In this document: in pieces, positions 39,602-51,949 of the stretch
Numbering within the stretch: position 1 is the first letter of the stretch
How the letters are laid out: each line of letters starts with the position of its first letter
From: Octopus sinensis
Lineage: Eukaryota
Direction: 5' to 3'
Assembly (NCBI RefSeq): GCF_006345805.1
Contig: NC_043010.1
Span: forward strand, 37,696,001 to 37,760,000
Length of the DNA: 64,000 nucleotides
The notes under the pieces: generated by a model
Told to the model about the DNA's origin: nothing
Seen by the model: the letters and a program-made list of their open reading frames with translations, nothing else
Databases searched by the model: none
Program-made: the position numbers and the translations under genes

Positions 39602-40338
39602 AAAACGTCACACTAATGAACAGCAAGCATGACACTAGAGCCCTTATATTTTAGGGGACGTTCCTTTGAGGCCCGTCTCAGCACCGAAATATTCTTCTGT
39701 AAGATACAAGGGAGTGGTTGTGAAGTTCATGCGTTTCCAACAAAAATTATCGTGGGTCATGTAGATGAACTTGAACGGGCTTCCACCGACGGAAATCCAT
39801 GGGAATGATAAGGTAACTTGTTTGTGGTCCCTTTCAACTATCAACTAAATCTCCGTCAAGTCCCACCTCATCGTCTTTAAAGAAAAGACACTTAGGGTAG
39901 TGTAATCATAGATAGGCAAAATGATAGGATTGTCATGGTGGAACGCTGATGACCACAGGTCCGACTTTGGGTTAAATAACATGAATAAACTATAACAATG
40001 GAAACCGAGTTGCATTTGACCGGAATAAACGATTTTCTCTATGGTATTAGCTAATTACTGAATCTCATCTTTATGTGAATGAAAGAGGTTTACGTCGGTG
40101 TAACGCGCATCCATAACTTTTCACCATGGACTTCATTTTAAAATAACGTTAAGTCAAATAATAATGACTTGCTGTTGAATGGAAAGAGGGAAAGCAACTG
40201 AAGGACTCGATTAAGTCAAGGCGAGGAATCAGTGGTGGGGTAGAGAGAGGGTAGAGAGATAGTATATGTATATATATATATATTATATATATATATATAT
40301 ATATCTATATATATATTATATATATATATATATATATA

Positions 40339-40529
40339 GTTAATCCAAACATGAACAAAGAGAAAACACAACAACGCGAGGACGTGGAACAAGTATAGTG
40401 TTATTGGACGCTCGGGAAAGGAAAGAAAGAATGAGGATTTTAACGTTTCGAGCAGAGCTCTTCGTCAGAAACCTAGAAAAAGGAAAGGTTCAAGGAAGGG
40501 AAGACGGAGAAGGAAGATCGCCAACGATA
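40339..40529 (-). mobile_element. Penelope-like short element, family A, with hammerhead motif
   Basis: Homologous to 57493-57699, 30283-30479 and 31230-31423; 3' end abuts (TA)n. Confidence 0.72.
40439..40471 (-). ncRNA. Minimal type I hammerhead ribozyme motif, intact core
   Basis: Minus strand: TTT CTGACGA A GAGC tct GCTC GAAA CG T T AAA (stem I, CUGANGA, stem II, GAAA, palindromic ACGU stem III, cleavage triplet GUU). Confidence 0.7.
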
Positions 40530-41137
40530 CAGAGAGAGAGAGAGAAAGAAAGAAAGACAGAAAGAAAGAAAGAGAATGAGAGAAATAAAGAAAGAAAGAG
40601 AGAGAGGGGGGGGGAGAGAAAGAGAAAGAGGAATTATCTTTACTCTTAGCTTTGTTCTACATTATTGCATGAGGGAAAGATAAGTTTTTAAGTGGTCCGT
40701 GGGTTTTGCATGGTCAGTGAGAATAGGATATAAATGGATTCAACTCACTGAAGATTTACCTTAATACAGAGAGACGGACAGGCAAAGACAGAAGCAGAGA
40801 GGTAGGGAGAGAGAGTGAGAGGTAGGGAGAGTGCAAGGAAATGGGTTCTTACACTTTGTTCCACAGCGCATGTTCCTCAAGAAAAGGAGAGGAAGCCATG
40901 GACTTCGTGTAATCCATGGTTTTTGCGTTAGACCTCGTGATTAGAGCGAATCGGAACTGAACGAAAATCGATTACAAAGTTACAGAGAGTGAGAGACAGA
41001 GGTGAGGGATGGCAATGAAGAAGTCTTCAACTGGTCAGATGACCCATTAGAAATATCAACCAACACTCCCTCATATCATACACCCAACCGTTTTTAAGAA
41101 AAGGGTAGGGCACATTAAATAATATATAATAAATTGG

Positions 41138-41324
41138 TAGGTGTAGGAGTGGCTGTGTGGTAAGTAGCTTGCTTACAAGCCACATGGTTCCGGGTTCAGT
41201 CCCACTGCGTAGCACCTTGGGCAAGTGTCTTCCACTATAACCTCGGGCCGACCAAAGCCTTGTGAGTGGATTTGGTAGAGGGAAACTGAAAGAAGCCCGT
41301 CGTATATATGTATATATATATATA

Positions 41325-41365
<41 letters not shown>

Positions 41366-41586
41366 ACGTTTGTGTGCCTGTGTTTGTCCCCCAAACATCG
41401 CTTTACAACCGATGCTGGTGTGTTTACGTCCCCGTAACTTAGCGGTTCGGCAAAAGAGCCCGATAGAATAAATACTAAGGCTTACAAAGAATAAGTCCTG
41501 GGGGTCGATTTGCTCGACTAAAGGCGGTGCTCCAGCATGGCCGCAATCAAATGACTGAAACAAGTAAAAGAGTAAAAGAGTAAAGA
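41138..41586 (+). mobile_element. SINE family S1, full length
   Basis: Colinear with 18698-19119; (GTAAAAGA)n tail. Confidence 0.9.
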
Positions 41587-41712
41587 GACTATGTTCGAAG
41601 CAAAAAAAGACGGGATGGTCACGATTGAAACGGTTTTGATCATACTTCGAAGCGATTTAGCTCGCGTTTACTTTGATTCTATCGGGATTGACCTGGAGTT
41701 AAATAGCAACGG

Positions 41713-41743
<31 letters not shown>

Positions 41744-42290
41744 AGTAACATTCTGATCATGCACTCATTTCATTGTAAGCTTATATTCTACTCTACGGCG
41801 ATCGTAAACATGCTGTTTATTTATTTATTCATTTATTTATTTATTTATTCGTTTTATTTGTTTGTTCTTTATTCTTCCTTTCGTTTTTCGTTTTATGCAA
41901 TTTATTTCCTGTTGTGTGCATTGACGAAGCGAAGAAATTGCGAGAGCTTTTATTTCAACTGCTGACATTGTATTCAACAGACATAACACTTCACCAGTGA
42001 ACTAATTTCCTGAGGATTAATCAGTTATTAAAAACAAAAAAATACACAACAAAACAAAACAAGAATCTGAAGGAGGACAAAAATAAATAGATAAATAAAA
42101 AAAAAAGAAGCTGAGTACAAATCTGAAACAAGATAAAAGGAAGACAAAAATTGGAGGTTCGGATTTTTGAAATGACATCAATGGCGACAGTGCAAGAAAA
42201 TGGCGGATGGATTTTCTGCGTTCTGTAACGCTCTCTCTCTTACTCACTCTGTGTGTGTCACTCTGTCTTTTCTCTCTCGCCCTGTCTCTA

Positions 42291-42321
<31 letters not shown>

Positions 42322-42455
42322 TCCTTCATTGTTTCGTTCCCTGGTCCATTCCGTTTCTTTAGTGTTGTTTAATGTTCTGTTAGTCCTCGGTTATTTTCTT
42401 TTATTTATGCCATTTTGTGTGTATGAATGTGCATCTGTAATTTTGTGTGCGTGTA

Positions 42456-42489
<34 letters not shown>

Positions 42490-43032
42490 ATGTTTGTGTG
42501 TGTGTGTGTGTGTGGGGGCGTATGCGCGTAGTGTTTGCGTGTGCATGTGTGCATGTGCTTGTGTGTGTGTTGTGTATGAGTGTGTGTGCGTCTGTATGAA
42601 TTAATAGTGGGGTTAGATAATAAAAAAACAAGAGAAAATGAGAAAGAAAAGATGTCATTGCCAATGAATTACTATTGATATGTATGTACACACACACATA
42701 TACATACATACACACACATATACATACATACACACACATATACACACACACATACACATACATACACACACATACATACACACACATATATAAATATATA
42801 TATATATACATACATATATATATGCACACAAACATACATTCACATATATACATACATACACACACACACAAACATATATATATATATACACACACGTACA
42901 TATACACATATATGTATATGTGTGTGAATGGCGTTACTGAATATGGCGGTTTGATATTATTTTCAAGTATCGCTACGTATTAGATGAATCTGTATATACA
43001 TGATCATCTCTAAGTGGCAGTGCATGCGCGTG

Positions 43033-43070
<38 letters not shown>

Positions 43071-43241
43071 CACATACACACATACACACATACACACACA
43101 CACACAGATATGCATGAGTGTGTAGTATGCAGTGTGTATTTTCCAAGCTGACTATTGCAAGCAGATTTGTCTATTGATCTGAATATCTTAATTACGTTTG
43201 TGCGATATATATATTCATATATACACATGCTCTTTCTCTCT

Positions 43242-43307
<66 letters not shown>

Positions 43308-43453
43308 AATGTAGCGGTCATTATTTCACTTTGGTTTGTTTTTTTTCTAGATTTTCGTAGGGACAAAAGGTCTTTTTCCTTTCGTATCGGAAATGGTGGT
43401 TGTATAAAAGAAATTAACCTAACAAGCGAATTGGCGTTGTGGAGCATCGAGCT

Positions 43454-43511
<58 letters not shown>

Positions 43512-43736
43512 CATGCGTGGGATGAGAGTAAGAACAAACAGCGATGAGTACATGTGTGTTTATGGCTTAGCCTGCAACAGGGGCAAAGCATTAATACTTT
43601 GGGGAGATATTTTTTTTTAAATGACTATAAGCCAACTTGGAATGGAATGACCATCTGTCAAGTCTTTCTGGCATCTTACTTTCTCCCTCTCTGTCTCTCT
43701 CTCTCTCTCTCTCCAAATACATAACTCCCTTTCCAT

Positions 43737-43774
<38 letters not shown>

Positions 43775-43894
43775 GCTCCACATAATATATGTATATATAT
43801 ATATATACAGACATGTGTGTGTATTTATGTATATAAATATATGTATACATACGTATATATAGATATGTTTGTAAATATAAATACATCTATCTGC

Positions 43895-43930
<36 letters not shown>

Positions 43931-44081
43931 TTCTAATTATATACACACATATAATATATACGTGGCGTGCATATTGATACGTATGCATGGATAATTTTGA
44001 TGTGGAGGAGGCGTGTGTAGATATATCCAGGCAAATATACATATACATACACACACACACACACCACACACACACAACACA

Positions 44082-44159
<78 letters not shown>

Positions 44160-44160
<1 letters not shown>

Positions 44161-44955
44161 GGGTTTGTATCTGGTGACTGGCTATGGAAGCTTTCTAATG
44201 CCATTCTTTTCCAACAAGTCTGGGGTCATTTTAACCGTGTGACAAGGAATCCCATCTTCCATATAGAGTCTTCTTTAATCATTTCACCATTGGGGAAGTT
44301 TGGAAGGAGTCCTTTCTGCAATATGGACACATATTTATTTGAGTTTATCTTTCCCTCACACGCCACCACCTCTGATCAGCCAATGCTCCAAAGTGTTCCC
44401 CAGTTCATCACAGAATAGCTGCTGTTTTTCATTGCTGGTTGCAATTTTTACACATCAAATTCTTGATCACGGAGTCTCCAGACCCACAGTCGACCACTGT
44501 TAGGAAATACACCAAATCTGGACTCATCAGAGAATATGACAGTGTCCCAAAATGCTAATAGCCTCTCCATCATCTCACTGGCCCAATCTTTTCTCCGCTT
44601 TATATTGGCTGGTCAAAGATGTGGCTTCCTTCTTCCTGCTCTGCCATAGTAACCATGTTTGTGGAGATACCTGACAGCTGTTCTGGGACTGACATCCACT
44701 TCCTCTGCTATGTCAGAGGTCTTGCAACGAGGATTATCCTCAACACTTCTCTTAGCAATGGAAGGGTCCCGTCAGAGAGCCCTGGTTGATCTGGACAAGG
44801 TGATGTGGACTCCTTCCCCTCTCTGCAAAATCTTGCACAATCACTCTATTAACTGTAGAAAGCGGGATCCCAAGGTTTTCTGCGATTTTACGCTGACTAT
44901 ATCCACCTTCAGAATGACCCACAATACGGCCTCTGTGAAATTCAGTTCCAAGGCT
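44160..44955 (-). mobile_element. Truncated Tc1-like transposase fragment (second family)
   Basis: Minus strand with frameshifts: [27 protein letters not shown] (HTH), GRAGRRKPHL, VIFSDESRF, MEDGIPCH, SQSPDTNPI. Cut by a microsatellite on the left and a SINE on the right; no TIRs seen. Confidence 0.85.
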
Positions 44956-44967
44956 ACTTTTGTACAC

Positions 44968-45435
<468 letters not shown>

Positions 45436-46724
45436 AACAGTCACATATAGAATCTGAAACATAAAAATGTCAATTAATAAGAAATATAAACCTTTACAAG
45501 TTAGAATAAACAGAAAACGATGCTTTATGGGGTGTCTATTTATTTCTAACGTGTGTGTATAATAAGCAAACGCCGTGTAACACTGTAATGGAGAATATTC
45601 TATGTCTATAAAAATTTACAGGCATTTACAGAGCTACAATAAAAAGTTCCACTGCTCGGCCAGAACCACCAGGAAAATATTAGATAGTGGAAGAGAACAT
45701 ATAGCATTCTACCGTTGGTTGAAAGTAGCAACCTCGCTACTCATTCGAGATTTCAGGAGTTTCAAAAAAAAAAAATAAATAAAAGACTTGAGTCAAAAGA
45801 ATAATAAATTGGTCACAGCATACCCTGATGCAGTACCAAGCAGTGACTCTCATGGTTTCTAATCACAAAAGCTCTTCATCCATAGATCACAAGTTGTGGT
45901 TCGATAGGAAACATGATTAAACAAGGGACAACACCGATTCCGTGAAAAAAGAATAATTGATGCAATACCAGGCAGTGGTTCCCATGGTTTCTGATCTTAA
46001 TTGATTAGAAGTATTATCATGTACATGCTTTGTCTTGGCATAAAAGATGGACTGCAGGTAATATTCTGCTTAATACCACATATTAACTCGTCAGTTGCTT
46101 GACCTCAACCAGTTGAGCATGTCACTTGGTGGTTGACGATATGTGCATCCCTGGTCACAGGCAGAAGTAGTGCGGGAGCATCATAGCCATGTGTTGAGAG
46201 GAATTTTTTGGTGTTTGAATAATTCACCCCTAAAAAACATGGGTGTTTCGTTCATCAACCTTAAACAACTCTGATTTAGGGACATTTTGAGTGGGATGGG
46301 CTTCTTGGCATCAAGAAAATTCTAACCGGGCTTCACCTGCAAGTTCATACGCTGTTTATTTTGATATGAGGTCACCATGTCGTGTATATATGGATGTAAT
46401 GCATGCGCTTGGTGTACCTTTATCAGAATGGTAGTCATGATGGGTTTATTGGGCATCGTATATTTGTACCTCAGTTCAGTTTGATGGCATACATCGGCCC
46501 CAATACTAAACTGGTACTTGTTTTAACGACCAGGAAAGCATAAAAATAAAGAAAAAACAAAGTCAATCTCGGCGAAATTTGAACTCGGAACGAAAAGACG
46601 GGCGAAATACTGTTAAGCATTTTGTCCGATGTTCTTAACGATTCTACCTGCTCACCCCGTTAATAGTAATAACAACAACAACAGCAGCAATAATAATAAT
46701 AATAATAATAATAATATAATAATG

Positions 46725-46775
<51 letters not shown>

Positions 46776-46832
46776 GTAATAGTAATGATAATGATAATGA
46801 TAATAATGATAATAATGATAATAATAATAATG

Positions 46833-46873
<41 letters not shown>

Positions 46874-46955
46874 TTAATAATAATAGTAATAATAATGATA
46901 ATGATAATGATGATAATGATAATAATAATTTTAATAATAATAATAATAATAATAA

Positions 46956-47264
46956 CTTTTGTTCCTTCTCGAGCCATGCCTGGCTCATAAGGGCCGGTTT
47001 CCCGGTTTCCTTAGCGTATAGGTTCCTCACCTGGACGGGACGCCGGTCCGTCGCAGGTGAGCTGCAAGATGCAGGAGGAAAGAGTGAGAGAAAGTTGTGG
47101 CGAAAGAGTCAGCAGAAGTTCGCCATAACCTTCTGCCGGGGAGCCGCGTGGAGCTTAGGTGTTTCGCTCATAAACACGCACACACATCGCCCGGTCTGAG
47201 ATTCGCACCCGCGATCCCTCGACAGCGAGTCCGCTGCTCTAACCACTAGGCCATGTATCTCCAC
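46956..47264 (-). mobile_element. tRNA-derived SINE (core X + tail Q) with expanded (TTA)n tail at 46660-46955
   Basis: Colinear with 1019-1330; tail runs into a ~300-bp AAT/GAT microsatellite. Confidence 0.88.
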
Positions 47265-47326
47265 AACAAGATGGAGTAGTCCAGGATAAATATGAGAGCT
47301 GTAACAACAACAACAACAACAACAAC

Positions 47327-47357
<31 letters not shown>

Positions 47358-47879
47358 GTAATAGTAATAATAATACTGTTTAATTACGGTGAATTGTTAT
47401 GATATTTGTTTTCTTTAATAACGTTAGATTTGGTTTGTTTGTGTTGGTTATGGTTTCAATGAAGAACAAAAGTCTTTAGTTTCTATTCATACATTTCTCA
47501 GCCGCAGCCCCATCCACCACGCCTCCGCCACACACCTTATTTAAAGGAAGACGTTTTTGTTATTTGTTTATTTGTTGTTATTTGTTCTGTCTTCTTTCGT
47601 TTGGGAATATTTAAATGTCAAAATGGCTGCGATGGTGGCGGTAGGAGATAGTCTCCATAACAGTGGTGACTGCTTCGAAGAACAGCAAAGATGATGGCCA
47701 ATGTCTTGCGTGCATTGTAAATAGAAACGTGTATTGCACAAGTAAGATCAAACACTTCAAAGTAAACAACAGCAACATTCACAACAACAACAACAACAAG
47801 ACTGACATTTATTCTTTCTTTGCTTTTTTTATTTTTATGTTTTTTTTTAACGTTTTACTCTTTTACTCTTTTATTCTTT

Positions 47880-48275
47880 TACCTGTTTCAGTCATTTGAC
47901 TGTGGCCATGCTGGAGCACCGCCTTTAGTCGAGCAAATTATTGACCCCGGGACTTATTCTTTGTAAGCCTAGTACTTATTCTATCGTTTTCTTTTGCCGA
48001 ATCGCTAATTTACGGGGACGTAAACACACCAGCATCGGTTGTCAAACAATGTTGGCGGGGGGGATAATCACAGACACACAAACATACACACACACACATA
48101 TACATGTGTATTTATATATATATACATATACACGATGGGCTTCTTTCAGTTTCCGTCTACCAAATCCATTCGCAAGGCTTTGGTCGGCCCGAGGTTATAG
48201 TAGAAGACACTTGCCCAAGGTGCCACGCAGTGGGACTGAACCCGGAACAATGTGGTTCGTAAGCAAGCTACTTAT
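47880..48275 (-). mobile_element. SINE family S1
   Basis: Reverse complement of S1 tail, body and most of the head. Confidence 0.85.
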
Positions 48276-48714
48276 CCTGTTTTTAGCAGTGTCCGTATTT
48301 ATATTTTTATATTTTCGACCGAGGTGTTACTCCAGTCAGCGCGTCATTTTATGTGCCATAGTGGTGTTAGTGAGGGCTATTACTGTAACGTGGTTACTGA
48401 GGACCTGAGGACGTCAGGTTGTTGGACACGCGTTAAAAAAACCGACCGGTAATGAGCGACAGAATTTCAACGCAGAATGCAAAAATTAAAATAAAATAAG
48501 AAATAAAAAATTTTAAAACAACAACCCCAAAACAAGGACAAGTACCATGTAGCATCCATATCCGATACCCTATCAATTTCAATAATCCATCGACCAAGAT
48601 TAGTACTCTATTTCATCGACCTGAAAAAGATGAAAGACGAAGTTGACTTTGGCAAAATTTGAACTAAGCAGCATGTGAGTTGATTTGGTAGACGGGAATT
48701 GAAAGAAGTCAGTT

Positions 48715-48786
<72 letters not shown>

Positions 48787-50226
48787 CAGTGGGGGGAAAT
48801 AAATATTCGTATATGTCAAAATTCTTTATTTATTTAATTTCTAATGAACATAAATATACCAATACTATATTTGCATACACATGCATAAACTAAGAATATG
48901 CAAAAGAAACTAATAAATTACAGTAACTAATGAATTTATATATAATTATAAATATTTAGGAGTGAAAAAAGTATTCGCACAGAATAAATTTATGATTTTC
49001 TATGCCACAAAATACTGTTAAAATAATTTTTTTTTACTAGAACTTTCTCGTTTGTTCCAATAATCTTATCAGTTGTCATTTTTTAAGTGTCAAGACGCTA
49101 GCTTCTTCATTCAGCACTGAGACAACATAAAGTAGTATCGTAATAATGGCGAAAAGTAAAGAACTCACAAATTCAGTGAAAAACTTGATTATTGAACAGT
49201 GGAAAGCAGGTAAAAGTTACAGGAAAATATCAGAGACCCTTTGTTTTCCATTTTCTACCATCATTTATTCAAAGATATAAAAAAAAATCGTGAACTGATG
49301 AAAACAGAATAAGATCCGGTGCAACATGCAAGATTTACCCTGATCTTTAAGAAAAATGAAGCGAAGAATCGAAAAAAAAACCGCAATGATCACCAGAAAT
49401 GAGTTGCTAGAAGATTTGTTAGCTTCAGGGACTAATATTACACTACGAACAATCAGCAATGAACTTCATAGGAATGAAATGAAGTCACGCTCTCCTAGAA
49501 AAACTCCACTGTTGACTAAAAGGCATAGAGATGCCCGTTTAAAATTTGTTTATGAACATAAAGATAAATCGGATACATCCTGGGAAAATGTTCTATGGAC
49601 AAATGAGTCGAAAATTGAATTGTTTGGACGAAATTTGCGTAGCCATGTTTGGTACCACCTATTCGCCGAAAAACACAATTCCTACCGTAAAGTTTGGAGG
49701 TGGCAACATCATGGTGTGGGTGCGTTTCTCTGCAAAGGGTACTGGCAATTTACATGTGATAGATGGTAGAATGAATGCAAAGATGTACCAAAATATTTTG
49801 AACAATAATTTATGGGACTCTGTAGAAAAGCTCCAGCTTTGTGGAGGGTAGGTTTTACAATAGGATAACGACCCTAAGCATACGGCGAAGTTTATCAAAA
49901 AATGGATTGTCGATCACAATATAAAATTATTAGAATGGCCAAGCCAGTTCCCTGACTTGAACCCCATTGAAAATTTGTGGCGTTATTTGAAAATTACAAT
50001 ACATTCAAGAGTCCCAAAATGCATTGCAGATTTGAAGAAAATTTGTCAAGAAGATTTGGAAAAAATTTCTAAAGAAACATGCAAGTCATTGATTAAGAAC
50101 TACAAAAAGAGAGTCGAAGTGGAACTGAATAATGGTTATGTTACGAAGTATTAAATTAGAATTATCAGTTATTTATGTTCTGTACGAATACTTTTTTCAC
50201 CTCTAAATATTTATTTCCCCCTACTG
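48787..50226 (+). mobile_element. Tc1-family DNA transposon, Sleeping Beauty-like, pseudogene at 49146-50154
   Basis: TA|CAGTGGGGGGAAATAAATATT ... AATATTTATTTCCCCCTACTG|TA. Pieces read MAKSKELT..., [57 protein letters not shown]-stop. First catalytic D reads N (WTNES); frameshifts and stops present. Confidence 0.96.
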
Positions 50227-50271
50227 TATATATAATATATATATATATATATAGTATTATATATATATATA

Positions 50272-50430
50272 TAGCTGAAATTTATAGAAAAACAAAGGAC
50301 GAAGACAGGTGTATGAACAATAAACAAAACAATAAGCAAGGTATTAGTTTGACGCTCGGGAAAAATGAAAAAGTATTTTACGTTTCGAGCCTACGCTCTT
50401 CAACAGAAAGGAACACGAGGAAATAAACAG
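50272..50430 (-). mobile_element. Penelope-like short element, family B
   Basis: Minus TTT CTGTTGA A GAGC gtag GCTC GAAA CG T A AAA at 50410-50376; 3' end at the (TA)n next to the Tc1 right end. Confidence 0.66.
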
Positions 50431-51949
50431 AGCGAATGAAAAAAATTGTAGATTTAAGAAAAGGAGAAAAAAGAAAAAAGTAATAAAAGGAAAGAGAACG
50501 ACAAAGAGTAGGATTGACGACCGGTGTTAGTGTGTTTACATTCCTAAAAACTTAGTGGTTCGGCAAAAGACACCGATAGAATAAAAACTCTTCAAGGTGG
50601 TGCCCTAGCATGGCTGCAGTCCATTGACTGAAAGAAGAAAAATAATAAAAAAGAAAAAAAGATTTGTTTTATTTTATTTATTAATTTATTTTGGGGTTTC
50701 AGGCTTTATCTTATTTTTCAAGACGTTAAGGTTTTATCACAATTTACAAAAAAATGAGAAGGAGTTATCACTACAGGATAACATCACAAGATAACATCAC
50801 ATGATAACACTTTACTGTCTTGAAAAAAACAAAAGACACATCATATATGCACCTGAACAAAAATAGATGGGGTGGTCATGACTGAACTGTCTATGATTAT
50901 ATGTGTGCACGGTCCGGTATAATCTAGGGCTAAACGACAGCAACAACAGATGTAACAGCCATAGTGACAGTAGCATGAATGACGAAATAGTTAACAAAGC
51001 CATAAAGCTTAATGGCGGAAATGAAAAAGTTCGACTACGAAAACCTAATTATATTTCCACGAACCGAGAGCGAGCTAACACGTACGTTTGGACCTTAACA
51101 TGCTGGCTGTAAAATAAAATAGAAGTGGTACAGATATACGTCAGAAGGGAGTAGGAAAATACTTCAGCGAAAGAAATGCGAAGAAACGAAGCAACAAAGA
51201 GAAAGAAAAGAAACATTTAGTTTCATCTTCCATAAAACGAATTCGTGTAAGGTAGACTTTGAGGATGTTATTAAACAACTTGCGCCGCACATTAATTTCG
51301 TGAAGAGAGCGAGTAAATGTGAAAGATAGAAAGAGAAAGAAGGAGAGGGAGAAAGAGATGTGTAAAAGAAAAAGAGAGAAGGAAGTCAGAAAGAGAGAGA
51401 GAGAGTGAACGTATGTGTGTGATAATAAAAAAGGAGTGACTGTGAAGTAGAAAGACGACAATTTCTTTTGGATTAATGGACGTTATTTCTCATTTGGATA
51501 AACAGGCGAAGAGAAAAATGTCGGTCTCTTTCTTTGCTTTCATCCCTCAAATCGTAGCTTTTCCAGATTGCTGTTTAGAGATTTACTAACACAACCAAAT
51601 GCACCAATAATTATTGATATAAATGAAACTTTGTAAAGATGGTGGAGGGCTTGCAAGTTTCGACGCAGTTGTCCATTAATCTACTCGTTCTGGCTGGTTT
51701 TAGAGGCTCGCATCTGCAGGACGGCTCTTTTTTTATTATTTTTTAGTTATCTTCTGCTCTTGGATAGCAAAAACATAACTTTCATGATGGAACATGATAT
51801 AACAACCATATACTAAAAGGCGGTTATGCTTCATGCTTATATTTTCATTATGTATGTATGTATGTATGTATGTATGTATGTATGTATGCGTTTATGTGTG
51901 TGGGGTGTGTGGGGTGGGGGTTAACGTATGGATGTTATTATTCAGCTTT

